Origin: a virus
Length of the DNA stretch: 64,000 nt
Strand: one strand, 5' to 3'
Virus record (IMG/VR): IMGVR_UViG_3300037231_000119
Span: 64,001 to 128,000 of that record
Made by a program: the position numbers and the translations under genes. This document shows, piece by piece, positions 1 through 9,187 of this stretch. Positions within the stretch are counted from its first letter, which is position 1, and every line of letters begins with the position of its first letter. The notes under the pieces were generated by a model, which did no database searches, was not told where the DNA came from, and saw only the letters and a list, made by a program, of their open reading frames with translations.

Positions 1-377
1 GGAGCCCAGGAAATCTGAATACGAGCTGGCCCACAATCACAACCACAGTTACAATTCCATGTCTCATAGCCTGGAGGCAAAGCTTCGGGGAATCCGGCTA
101 CGAAACACGGCGCGTACGGATAGCCAGGAAAGCCACAATTGAAGGGGAAGATAGGGAAGTTGACTACATAGCCAAGAGGGGTAAAGTAGTTGGTCACATA
201 GGTAGAGGTCAAGAAAGGGATCATGAAGGGCTCTACCTGAGTAAGGCCATTAGCAATAGCGGCGTTGATTAGGACGGTAGCAGAAGCCACAAAAGTAGCC
301 TCAGCCGTGACCATAAGAGAGGCAACGGTGGCTTGGGAGGCGGTAAGGGCTGCGGAGGCGGTAGGGAGGGTGGGCAT
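1..377 (-). CDS. Hypothetical late protein, runs off the left edge (MPTLPTASAALTASQATV...CNCGCDCGPARIQISWA)
   Basis: Open frame read by hand from ATG at 377 to the window edge; ATG is 5 nt downstream of a CCAATCTTA motif. Not in the supplied ORF track. Confidence 0.7.
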   Translation of the reverse strand, partial: MPTLPTASAALTASQATVASLMVTAEATFVASATVLINAAIANGLTQVEPFMIPFLTSTYVTNYFTPLGYVVNFPIFPFNCGFPGYPYAPCFVAGFPEALPPGYETWNCNCGCDCGPARIQISWA

Positions 378-382
378 AAGGG

Positions 383-391
383 TAAGATTGG
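383..391 (-). promoter_or_regulatory. Putative late promoter CCAATCTTA
   Basis: Same motif recurs upstream of many structural genes (see findings). Confidence 0.7.
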
Positions 392-1486
392 CTATTGGGA
401 AAGAAAGTCGAGGCAGCGCTTAATGCAGGATTGCTTGTCTAAATCCCAGTCTTCTTCTTTGATGTGGAGGATTTTGATGCCAATTGAAAGGAAATAGAGG
501 TCCTTATCTTCGTGGTAGGTTATAATAGCGGAGTCGGACCAAAGATTTTCGTTTTTGGCCTTTCTCATATATTCAAAACTATGATAATAGCTGCCATCGT
601 ATTCTATGCTTTTACCCAGTTCAGGGACATATATGTCCAGCTCCAAGTACCTCTTTTTATTATTGGGATCATTATAAAATCTCTTTTTTATCGTACCCGG
701 ATAAATTTCAGAAACTAAAGCAAAAATCTCTCTTTCGGCAATGGATGAACCTTTCAATGTACATTTAGGACACCTTCTTCCATGCCCCTTAAAATTATAG
801 AAAGTTGTTTCGTACGGATGATTTTTGGGACAAATAAGAAGAATTTTACCTTGGGGATCATATTCTTCCGACTTTAACAAATATCCCTCTTTTTCAACAA
901 ACTCTTTTATGGATGCCAGAGAATGGGGGCGATTATGAGCGCAGTGTTGACATCTCGCTTTTGCAGACAAAAATCCATTCATCGTAAGAGTTGTTTCGTG
1001 GCCAGCCGAACAAAAAACATTAAGTTTTTGATGGGCGTTTTTGTAATTTGTAGTAATTAGCCTATAACCTTCTTTACGTAAAATGTTAGAGATATCGTCA
1101 ATAGTATATCTTTTAATGCCTCGACATTCGTTACACCCAGAGCCATGGCCGATATAATTATCTAGAGAGGTAGACACTGCGTGCCCGTTTCTACATACCA
1201 TATTAAGTTTTTGTTTCATATTACTGTATGAGATATCAGATAGCGTATACCCATCTCGTTTTAGAATGGCCCTAACACTTTCGACTGTATAGGAAGCCTT
1301 ATCGAGGCAAGTAGGGCATCGACTTTTCTGACTTGTGAAGCAATTAAGTGTAACAAACCAAGGATGTCCCTTTGGACATACGACCTCCAACTTCTTCCCA
1401 CTCCTCACATATATCTTAGATATGAGAGTGTACCCCTCCATCTCAAATATATCTTTTACTGTTTCGTAGCTAAATTTTACCGTCAT
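392..1486 (-). CDS. Free-standing homing-endonuclease-like protein: four CxxGH...CxxC zinc-ribbon repeats plus C-terminal Vsr/DUF559-like PD-(D/E)XK nuclease
   Basis: Repeats CPKGH..RCPTC, CRNGH..GCNEC, CSAGH..RCQHC, CPKNH..RCPKC; nuclease motif LELDIYVPELGKSIEYDGSYYH. Confidence 0.75.
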   Translation of the reverse strand: MTVKFSYETVKDIFEMEGYTLISKIYVRSGKKLEVVCPKGHPWFVTLNCFTSQKSRCPTCLDKASYTVESVRAILKRDGYTLSDISYSNMKQKLNMVCRNGHAVSTSLDNYIGHGSGCNECRGIKRYTIDDISNILRKEGYRLITTNYKNAHQKLNVFCSAGHETTLTMNGFLSAKARCQHCAHNRPHSLASIKEFVEKEGYLLKSEEYDPQGKILLICPKNHPYETTFYNFKGHGRRCPKCTLKGSSIAEREIFALVSEIYPGTIKKRFYNDPNNKKRYLELDIYVPELGKSIEYDGSYYHSFEYMRKAKNENLWSDSAIITYHEDKDLYFLSIGIKILHIKEEDWDLDKQSCIKRCLDFLSQ

Positions 1487-1490
1487 ACAA

Positions 1491-1521
1491 TAAGATTACG
1501 ACACTAATTTTGTTCGGTCAA
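1491..1521 (-). promoter_or_regulatory. Sigma70-type promoter TTGACC-N17-TAATCT, ATG 6 nt after the -10 (probable leaderless mRNA)
   Basis: Minus strand ttgaccgaacaaaattagtgtcgtaatcttattgtATG; no Shine-Dalgarno. Confidence 0.6.
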
Positions 1522-1522
1522 T

Positions 1523-1557
1523 AAAAAACCCCACATAAACTCAATTATATGGGGTTT
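1523..1557 (-). terminator. Intrinsic terminator after the tail tube gene
   Basis: Inverted repeat AAACCCC...GGGGTTT followed by a U-tract on the minus strand. Confidence 0.75.
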
Positions 1558-1587
1558 GATAGAATAAATTGACTTATTTTTTGATAA

Positions 1588-2103
1588 TTAAGGAAGCGAA
1601 ACCGCCCCTGCTTCCGCATCGTTAGGCGAACTTTCGTCGGTGAGGGCTAATGCTTTGTATGTGATATTTATTTTAGATGTAGCTCGTGACTGGAAATTAT
1701 TGCTATTGGTATCAGGCAATGCACCGATAAGGGTAGCCATTGGAGGACCGGTAGGATTCTCACGATCAGCAACAGTAATCGTAACTGGACCTAGTCCAAG
1801 TAGTTGATTTAATGTAGGAAATTGACCCAAAGCTTTGACGCCAAATCCATATACACGGAATCCGGTGCATTGGACAGTAACCGCATTATAAGCGGTAAGT
1901 GTTATCTCATCAGCGGAATAGCGGCCCAAGAGATGAATATCTTCGCTCGAGATCGATTCACTAATACTGCACGAATCGAAAATACCGATTACGACTGGAG
2001 ATCCACCAGCGCCCTGAATACTTACGACGGATCTACCACCCGTAATAACTTTGGATGCAGCTGGACTAATTCCGCCTCTGCCACTATCATCGATAATTGC
2101 CAT
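1588..2103 (-). CDS. Tail tube protein
   Basis: 171 aa beta-rich protein directly after the sheath gene, good SD (GGGAGA), followed by a terminator. Confidence 0.75.
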   Translation of the reverse strand: MAIIDDSGRGGISPAASKVITGGRSVVSIQGAGGSPVVIGIFDSCSISESISSEDIHLLGRYSADEITLTAYNAVTVQCTGFRVYGFGVKALGQFPTLNQLLGLGPVTITVADRENPTGPPMATLIGALPDTNSNNFQSRATSKINITYKALALTDESSPNDAEAGAVSLP

Positions 2104-2126
2104 ATAATTTCTCCCTTAAATCTTTC

Positions 2127-4877
2127 TTAGCTTGCTGACTGTTGAACCGCACTGAGAGCCAAATTAATTGCTACAAAGTATATGCTCGTAGTCAATTTTG
2201 CTTCAACATTCACAGTCATAGTGGGTGCCGAAAGTGTAATGCTGGCATTTTTATATCCAAGAGGTGCATCATTCGACGTAGTCACCATCTTAAGCTTCTT
2301 GTAGAAGTCGAATCTCTGTTGCAAGAAGCTCAGAGCAGAAGCTGCAGTGACATCGGCCACAGATCTTCCAACAATTGCACTCTGAAAACTTTGCGCGAGG
2401 TCAAGAGCTAAAATGTCAGATAGATATACGGCCTGAATCGAATTATAAACGAAGCTCGAATTTAGGCCAAATGAGGTCTGATCGGATACCCACAGGATTC
2501 CACTTGTATTTTGAGTTAGAACCAAAAGGCCCGCAATGATCGCCTCACTCACATCCGCTGGATCACCAGAGTCATATCCAACTGGGTCCTGGAACGAAAC
2601 GATATTGGCCAAGTGGTTACAAATAGATTTGTAGAAACCGCCGCACTGTGTGCCAGCCGCTACTGCCGCCGCATACCAAGGCAAGAACAACTGATTCACA
2701 CCAGCCGAATTTACCTGAGTCACTTGCTGACACGTCAGAGAGCAACGATAGCTTGCCAAGCTCTGAGCTTGTGCCCTAGCATTAGCAAACGTGTCATTGA
2801 TGGACAGAATCGCCATACGATTATGTTTCAGGGTAGGGGTTGAGAACTGAATGCAATGTGACTTAAGAAGCTCATTGATGGCGTCGATCGTATAAGTCGA
2901 ACTTGGATCCGTATTACCGGCCGTAATATCTTTACTCGCATCCTGAGAGAACAAAGGAACAATGATATTGACCTGGATACCGCCCATTTGAGCGATCGCA
3001 TTTACAATGTCATTCGCAGACGTTCCACCCAAAGCGCCACCAGTCAAGAACACCATAGAGCCTGGTACTGGAAGACCGGAAGTAGCCGTAGGAGTAAAAC
3101 CAACCGCCGTAGAAGTATTCAATTGATTCTGGAATGTAAACAGGGAATTCTTCACACGTCCTGGTTGATCTCCGTCCGTAGAAGCAATCCCGATAGCCGT
3201 AACATGATCCAGAGAAGAGGTTGGATTCGAAGTAGCAGAGCTTCCAACCGTTGCCGTATACCCTGGCTGCGTGTTAATGAATGCCGCCAACTGGCCAACC
3301 GTAGTATACTGAGAAAGAACGATTGAGAGATTAGCGCCAGTTCCACCCGTGACGGTCGTTGTCAGCATGGTTGAGTTAATGGTCATCGTTCCGGTCGTTC
3401 CAGCGTACCCAACACTCAAGGCAATAGCTGGAGCAATATTGAACGTCTCATTAATCTGCGCAGTCGTATTGATAATCGAGACTTCAACCGCTGGCTCTTC
3501 GCTAGAAGTAATAAGTCCAGCCGTCATACCAAGAGCGGCCAAATCACCAGGAGTAGAATCGATCAACTCAAAGCTTTGTCCAAATCCACTCGCGTATGGT
3601 GTACCTTCAGCAGCCATCGTGAACACCAGAGTATTCATCGCAGACCCAGCAGATGCCGTAATACCAGCAGGGAGAAGAAGATTCAGCTCCGTAATCAACT
3701 CAGCAATATTGGAATGCGCAGCTCCGACGATAGTTCCAGGTGGAAAGCCAGTGACCGAATTGGTAGGGCTTGATCCCACGTTTCCAGTTACAACCGAAGA
3801 CCCAGTATTGGTAACCCCGGAAGAACCCAAAAGACCGAATGAACCAGCATAGTTAAGAAGAGGGGAATTCTGAGCATTGACAACCGTTGCGGCACTGAGA
3901 GTAACTGCGCCCGTAAGAGCAATCAGGGAACCGTTAACAGTTCCACCCAAAGTATCTGTAATGCTATCTTCCGCAATGACGTTACCAGCGAAGGTTCCGC
4001 TAAAGCCAGAATTGATCGTAGCCGAAGATCCAACTACCCAGTAGATGTTAGCAGCTGTCGCACCACCGGTCAGCGTCATGGTCGGGATACCACCAGAACC
4101 GGTAACCAGAGTGCTAGAGGTCTTGATAACATACACCCCAGCGCCATTGAAGGTTAGGGTTCCAGCTCCAGAAGCTGCCAAGCTAGCTGCGCCCGTGCTA
4201 TAAACACCGGGAGTCAACGTTTGGCCGTCGAGAGTCGCAGAGATCGGAGTAGCGGTCATACCGGTCAGGCTAGTATAGGCAGACATGGCGGCAGATTGAC
4301 CAGCGGCCGATTCAGTAGGAGTAACAGGGCTAGAAGATCCGGAACTGAGTGTAATTACGTGAGATGCTCCACCGTTCACACGAATAGAGAACGTATCGCC
4401 ATCCAGAGCGGTACCAAAAGCAGGGACCGTATTCCCAGTAACTTGTGGAGAAACTTCGTTACTGATGGAGGTAACCGTGTAGTTGAAGAGATTTCCAGCT
4501 ACACCGAAGTTAAGCGCCGTGAGAGTTCCATAACCAGGAACGGAAGCGGTCGCCTGTGTACCCTCGTTGGTTTTGAGGATATAGATGGAAGTAGCCGTTC
4601 CGGAAATGTCTGGATCGTTACTAGGAGCCGAAAGAGCAGCAAAGGCGTCAACGATTGGACCCGAGCCGTAAATAGCTCTTACTTGGTTGTAAGCGCTAGG
4701 CCCGAAGAAGTTGTTAGCCAACGTAACTTCAGAGTAGTTAGGGCCTTGAGCAGCTTCACCCATGATAAGAACAACCCCTGAACTCGCAAGTCCGGAAGCT
4801 GTTGAAATTACAGTGGTATTTACGTAGGCGCCAGGGATTGGGGTAGAAATCCAGGGAGTATTTAAAAATTGTGCCAT
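2127..4877 (-). CDS. Contractile tail sheath protein with an inserted DUF3494 (ice-binding-like) domain
   Basis: Sheath N-terminus IPGAY..VLIMGEAAQGP..YGSGPIVDA; C-terminal sheath region LTGGALG, IIVPL, GLLVL, DQTS; upstream of the tube gene. Confidence 0.9.
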   Translation of the reverse strand: MAQFLNTPWISTPIPGAYVNTTVISTASGLASSGVVLIMGEAAQGPNYSEVTLANNFFGPSAYNQVRAIYGSGPIVDAFAALSAPSNDPDISGTATSIYILKTNEGTQATASVPGYGTLTALNFGVAGNLFNYTVTSISNEVSPQVTGNTVPAFGTALDGDTFSIRVNGGASHVITLSSGSSSPVTPTESAAGQSAAMSAYTSLTGMTATPISATLDGQTLTPGVYSTGAASLAASGAGTLTFNGAGVYVIKTSSTLVTGSGGIPTMTLTGGATAANIYWVVGSSATINSGFSGTFAGNVIAEDSITDTLGGTVNGSLIALTGAVTLSAATVVNAQNSPLLNYAGSFGLLGSSGVTNTGSSVVTGNVGSSPTNSVTGFPPGTIVGAAHSNIAELITELNLLLPAGITASAGSAMNTLVFTMAAEGTPYASGFGQSFELIDSTPGDLAALGMTAGLITSSEEPAVEVSIINTTAQINETFNIAPAIALSVGYAGTTGTMTINSTMLTTTVTGGTGANLSIVLSQYTTVGQLAAFINTQPGYTATVGSSATSNPTSSLDHVTAIGIASTDGDQPGRVKNSLFTFQNQLNTSTAVGFTPTATSGLPVPGSMVFLTGGALGGTSANDIVNAIAQMGGIQVNIIVPLFSQDASKDITAGNTDPSSTYTIDAINELLKSHCIQFSTPTLKHNRMAILSINDTFANARAQAQSLASYRCSLTCQQVTQVNSAGVNQLFLPWYAAAVAAGTQCGGFYKSICNHLANIVSFQDPVGYDSGDPADVSEAIIAGLLVLTQNTSGILWVSDQTSFGLNSSFVYNSIQAVYLSDILALDLAQSFQSAIVGRSVADVTAASALSFLQQRFDFYKKLKMVTTSNDAPLGYKNASITLSAPTMTVNVEAKLTTSIYFVAINLALSAVQQSAS
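3711..4326 (-). other. Circularly permuted DUF3494 ice-binding-like beta-solenoid within the sheath (aa ~185-388)
   Basis: SAY..L, LDGQTLTPGVY, LTFNG, LTGGATAANIYWVVGSSATI, FAGNVIA..SIT, GSLIALTGAVTL, then the normally N-terminal segment AGSFGLLGSSGVTNTG..VTGNVGSSP..SVTGFPPG. Confidence 0.85.
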
Positions 4878-4890
4878 ATACTATCTCCTA

Positions 4891-5202
4891 TTACTTAACT
4901 TTTTTGAGTCCAAAATTGAACAAACCGTCGTGAAATTGTTCTGGACTATCCATTCCAATAGCCTTAAGATGCAACCAAAGGGCATGCTCAAGATACTTAG
5001 ATTTTCCGTACTTTGCCCTATTGCCGACCCAGAATTTTCTAAATTCTTCTCTTTTTTGAGCATCGGTGAGAGGCTTAACTTGCGGCTTATGTAGAGAAGC
5101 TCTGTAAGCTTTAGCTTGTTCCAAGGTCATAGCAATAGCTTCAGCCGCCGTTTGGGGCTTAGGTTCCACTTTAACTTGCTTGGTTTTTTGGGGTTTAGCC
5201 AT
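4891..5202 (-). CDS. Hypothetical protein (morphogenesis operon)
   Basis: 103 aa ORF packed between head-protein genes and the sheath gene. Confidence 0.7.
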   Translation of the reverse strand: MAKPQKTKQVKVEPKPQTAAEAIAMTLEQAKAYRASLHKPQVKPLTDAQKREEFRKFWVGNRAKYGKSKYLEHALWLHLKAIGMDSPEQFHDGLFNFGLKKVK

Positions 5203-5207
5203 TTTTG

Positions 5208-5780
5208 TTATCCAGGAAGCTTCGGTTTTGGTTGGGCCTTGATTCCTTCAAGACGTTCTTTATGGGCATCTTTGGAGCCTTCTTTTGCGATCATTTCGCC
5301 AATACCATCGCCAGATTTTCCGTAACCAACAGCGCGTTTTGCACGATCACCGGCAATAGGATTTAGAGGATCCTCGCCTTTATCCATTTCCTTAGCCTTA
5401 GACCCCTTTTTCATTTCCATTTTGCCCATAAATTTAGCCAGCTTATAAGAGCCCTTTTCATGATGCTTAGGATCTTGATTCGTAGCTTCATGCTGCTGAA
5501 CGTCTTGTTCAACCTTTTCACCAAGATCGGCATCGGCTTTAGCATCTGGGTTCTGTTCAGACATTCCCATTTTCTTCATAGGATCTTCAGATTTGCCCAT
5601 CTTAGCTTTAATGGCGCCGTCGATCTTATCAGCAGACTTTTCAGAATAGCCTTCTTTTTTGAGCTTAGAATGAATTTTAGCCCAATCGCCTTTAGCCAAC
5701 GTAGAGTTTTTATACATCTCTTCCGCTTTCTTCAAAACGGCGATGGCGGCTTCGGCTGGTGTAAATTTTTTATCAGACAT
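5208..5780 (-). CDS. Putative internal head protein with multiple K|S/A/G motifs
   Basis: LKKAE, LAKGD, MGKSE, MDKGE; late motif at 5801-5809 and SD GGAG. Confidence 0.65.
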   Translation of the reverse strand: MSDKKFTPAEAAIAVLKKAEEMYKNSTLAKGDWAKIHSKLKKEGYSEKSADKIDGAIKAKMGKSEDPMKKMGMSEQNPDAKADADLGEKVEQDVQQHEATNQDPKHHEKGSYKLAKFMGKMEMKKGSKAKEMDKGEDPLNPIAGDRAKRAVGYGKSGDGIGEMIAKEGSKDAHKERLEGIKAQPKPKLPG

Positions 5781-5800
5781 AGGTAGTCTCCATATAGGTC

Positions 5801-5809
5801 TAAGATTGG
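5801..5809 (-). promoter_or_regulatory. Putative late promoter CCAATCTTA
   Basis: Exact motif ~20 nt upstream of the ATG at 5780. Confidence 0.7.
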
Positions 5810-5816
5810 ATTAAAG

Positions 5817-6137
5817 CTATTTCTTAGCCCCTTGTTTCGATAAGAAGCTATGGAGCGCCTGTATACTCGGCTTCTTAAACTCTTGATTTTGTTCACTTTT
5901 ATAGAATTGGCTCGGTTTGTCAGTAGCTTGGCCTGGTTTTTTAGCCTTGGCGGTCTTTACGACTGCTTGAGCGCCAACCCTGGTAGGGCTAGCCGTATTG
6001 GACTGAGTGGGCGATATTACACCAGCTACAGGGGTCAGTTTTGTAGGGGTAAGTCCAGCCATAGCAGCTTTGGCCAGAACTTCAGTCTTTTGAAGGACTA
6101 GGATTGCAACTTGTTGAGGGGTAAAGATTTTGGCCAT
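5817..6137 (-). CDS. Putative internal head protein; N-terminus similar to 5208..5780
   Basis: FTPQQVAILVLQKTE vs FTPAEAAIAVLKKAE; FYKSE; motif variant CCAATCTTT at 6145-6153. Confidence 0.65.
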   Translation of the reverse strand: MAKIFTPQQVAILVLQKTEVLAKAAMAGLTPTKLTPVAGVISPTQSNTASPTRVGAQAVVKTAKAKKPGQATDKPSQFYKSEQNQEFKKPSIQALHSFLSKQGAKK

Positions 6138-6154
6138 ATAGGGTAAAGATTGGA

Positions 6155-7144
6155 CTAATCTTCGTCAGCGTAAGCCAGATCTTGAAGCGTGGACCAATTA
6201 ACGGTCGAGAGGTCTTCTTGGCTATCCGTGATATTGGACAGGATCTTTAGGCCGCCCGTAAACCCATCAGCATTGCCGAGAGATAAGTTCTCAATGTATC
6301 TATGTGGTTGTTCAATCCACCTTGATTCGGTTTGCAAGCTTAGATTTACGTCCCTGCTCCAGATCACTTGACCCGAATCACTATAATCTGGGTTCGGATA
6401 CATTCCTGTAGACTTAAGAACACTTTCAGTGCCTCCTCCCGCCTCCAAAAGTTTCTGTCTATATCTAAGTAGTACGTATACGGTTATGGTATGTAGCCAG
6501 AGTAGAGTCTGTTGGTCCATCGCATGGCAGGATATTTTATAATTCTCTTGCATGAAGGTATGGCCGACTCGAGCTTGATAGGTCTGGAAGTGGGGGATGA
6601 TTCCATAGAGTGCTGGAGTGAAAGTGAGGCCAGGAAGGAGATTAACTTGATTAGCAGTAGTAACTGACTGGATGACGAAACCTGTTCCAGTAGCCGGATC
6701 TACCAATACCATTTCGGGAGCAACAGCATTCAGGTTCACATCCGCATTGAACGAGAAGACACCAGTAACTGAATTATAGGTTCCTCCACTAATAGGTTTT
6801 AAAACAAAAGGGATCGGCTTATTGATGTCATTGGGGTAGAGTGTTACCTTTTCCGTACTTAGGTCGGCCATATGACGCATGTCCATTTTTTCGTCATTTG
6901 ATCCGAGTTCAACAACTATGGCGGGGAATTCAACCTTATCCTCCCTAAGAGACATAAGGATATTTATTCTGTTATTGGTAATCCATTGCTTACATGAGGA
7001 TATTTGACTCCCATAAAGCCTTCTCATGTACTCATTTGACACCGTATCGCCTAAAATATCGTCGATTAACCATAGATTTTTGGTTATATCCTCTAAACCC
7101 AATATTAATGCAGCTTTTACGCGAAGATCGCCAAGGTAGACCAT
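6155..7144 (-). CDS. Putative tail-completion/neck protein
   Basis: Position upstream of the sheath; FPAIVVEL and YKISCHA..LLWLHT..YVL pattern resembles tail-terminator-like proteins. Confidence 0.5.
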   Translation of the reverse strand: MVYLGDLRVKAALILGLEDITKNLWLIDDILGDTVSNEYMRRLYGSQISSCKQWITNNRINILMSLREDKVEFPAIVVELGSNDEKMDMRHMADLSTEKVTLYPNDINKPIPFVLKPISGGTYNSVTGVFSFNADVNLNAVAPEMVLVDPATGTGFVIQSVTTANQVNLLPGLTFTPALYGIIPHFQTYQARVGHTFMQENYKISCHAMDQQTLLWLHTITVYVLLRYRQKLLEAGGGTESVLKSTGMYPNPDYSDSGQVIWSRDVNLSLQTESRWIEQPHRYIENLSLGNADGFTGGLKILSNITDSQEDLSTVNWSTLQDLAYADED

Positions 7145-7148
7145 TTAC

Positions 7149-7964
7149 TTACCCCTTATATTTCTGCAAGATCGCTGGAAGGACACTATTATTCCATTCA
7201 TTTTGGGCCCACTCTGCGGCATCTGGGAAAAATCCCTTAGCGTTTTGAGCCGGATATTGCCACTTCCCATCATCGCCTTCTATGACAGTTCTGAAGGTAG
7301 TCATTACTTTCTTAGCGTTACCATTCTTATTCAAAACCTGATATATGTGGAGCCTTGCGAGTTGCTCGGTATTTCCACGCCCCGGTATCTTACTTGGAAT
7401 GTCAAAAACATGTAAGGGGAGAGGATGTCCATTAGGCCCCATTTTACTTATTCTCGGGCTCCCATTAGAATCCTTTTCAATTCCGCTCCACGAAAGCTTT
7501 TGACCTTTTAGAAAACCTTTGATACTTCCAATAAGCTCCTCATTCTTAGCAAGAGTCTTAATATTCAAACTGTCGGATTCTTTACCTTGTGGCATTGGAA
7601 TAATTTTGTAATGCTTGCCTTTATTAGGGCCATTCTTAACAGTCTCAGAATCTTTCAAGAGACCGTATTCTCCAGGCTTACCCTTCATATCCCACGGCTT
7701 ACCTTCTTCGATAGGAACTGCCGGTTCATTTAACGTGATCTCCCAAAGAAAGTCGCTGATTTGTACGGCTTGGCTTAGACTAGCTAGATATTTTTTTGCA
7801 ATCTGAGTATTTAGCTTTTGTCCCACCTCTTTTACCATGTTGGCGTGGGTAGCTTCCGCAAGCCCCTTAATACCTTTTTGAACATCCTTCGCGATTTCTT
7901 TTGCAAAGTTATTCAGGTATTGGGTTAAAGAGGAGATGTCTAGGTTGACTTTGATATCGCTCAT
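7149..7964 (-). CDS. Putative neck/head-tail protein
   Basis: IEEG..WDMK..LL, IIP, TFRTV..KWQYP pattern and synteny. Confidence 0.5.
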   Translation of the reverse strand: MSDIKVNLDISSLTQYLNNFAKEIAKDVQKGIKGLAEATHANMVKEVGQKLNTQIAKKYLASLSQAVQISDFLWEITLNEPAVPIEEGKPWDMKGKPGEYGLLKDSETVKNGPNKGKHYKIIPMPQGKESDSLNIKTLAKNEELIGSIKGFLKGQKLSWSGIEKDSNGSPRISKMGPNGHPLPLHVFDIPSKIPGRGNTEQLARLHIYQVLNKNGNAKKVMTTFRTVIEGDDGKWQYPAQNAKGFFPDAAEWAQNEWNNSVLPAILQKYKG

Positions 7965-9151
7965 AGAATACCCATCATCTTCAATTTAGGCTCATTCCAA
8001 AGCTCAGCATTAGGAAATTGTGTAAGAAACCAATCCCATTTAATTTGGGAATGAGGTCTCATATACCCCTTAATTTCGACCCAAGTATTAGGCTCTATAA
8101 GAAATAGATCTGGGCGATATGTCTTAGCTGTCCCAGATTTGGTAAAAAGGGGCGTCGTGAATGTTTGGGGTTGCCACAAAAAATCAATCTTTTTGGAATT
8201 AAGGTAATCCACTACTTTGGGTTCGTAACCGGCCTGACAAATAAGTTCCTCCCCAGTTTTCCAGTGTATTTTTAGGGTAGTATTTTGTAGTTTTTTAGCG
8301 TGCGTTAATGCATATGAGGGATCCTGAGATAGATGTTCTACCCCATACCTCTCCAGATTAGTTTTCCTTATCTTATCTAGTTTTCTTTTGGGATGACCTA
8401 TAAATTCCGCTCTAGGGAGTGACCAGAATTCACCGTGGTCCTTGTCAACGAAACGTGCCGTTTCATTCAGCCCCGTGTAGGTAGTTTCGTCTAAAATAAA
8501 TTCGTCCCCGAACTTCTTTAATTTTAATCTTACCTCCTCAATATTCAATTTCTTACCCTCATTTGCCCTATCGGGATGCCCATGGCCATCCATAACTCTA
8601 GCTGGGGTAGAAATCCATTCTCCGTAATCTACATCCATAAATGAACATTCGCTACGAACTTTCGTATGAGTAGAATCTATTATAGAGACAGTATTGCCAT
8701 GTTTCTCAAAAATGATTTTTTTGATATTTCTCAAGGGGGTTTTTGTTCTGTCATACCCTCTTTGAGGATGACCTCTCCCCCTCAAAACACCAATAACTGT
8801 CGCGGGCCATTCCCCATAGTCGCTATCCACAAAAATAGCCTTCTTGTTTACATTTACATAAGATGTTCGCACAATACGTACCGTATCACCATGTACGCCC
8901 TGAATGCGCTTCTCGATATCATCCACAGAAAGTCTTTTCCCGCTAAACGCATACCTTTTTCTCTTTGGATGGCCCTTGCCGTCCCTATAAAGCGCTGCCG
9001 GAATTGCAGTGAAATTACCAAAAGCCTCATCTATAAAGACAGCGGTAGTTTTTACGTCTACGTAGGAGGATTCTTCCATCCCAATAACGTATGGAAGTCT
9101 TCCCTGGACTCTTTCTAGAACTTCCTTACATGTAAGCTTTTTAATACCCAT
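7961..9151 (-). CDS. Homing-endonuclease-like protein: D..G.F/W...GHP repeats plus PD-(D/E)XK nuclease
   Basis: Four repeats ending GHP; TNLERYGVE motif; YRPDLF..WVEIKG; TTGACA at 9181-9186 upstream. Confidence 0.75.
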   Translation of the reverse strand: MGIKKLTCKEVLERVQGRLPYVIGMEESSYVDVKTTAVFIDEAFGNFTAIPAALYRDGKGHPKRKRYAFSGKRLSVDDIEKRIQGVHGDTVRIVRTSYVNVNKKAIFVDSDYGEWPATVIGVLRGRGHPQRGYDRTKTPLRNIKKIIFEKHGNTVSIIDSTHTKVRSECSFMDVDYGEWISTPARVMDGHGHPDRANEGKKLNIEEVRLKLKKFGDEFILDETTYTGLNETARFVDKDHGEFWSLPRAEFIGHPKRKLDKIRKTNLERYGVEHLSQDPSYALTHAKKLQNTTLKIHWKTGEELICQAGYEPKVVDYLNSKKIDFLWQPQTFTTPLFTKSGTAKTYRPDLFLIEPNTWVEIKGYMRPHSQIKWDWFLTQFPNAELWNEPKLKMMGIL

Positions 9152-9187
9152 ATACTTATAATTTCATATACTTGAATATGTGTCAAG

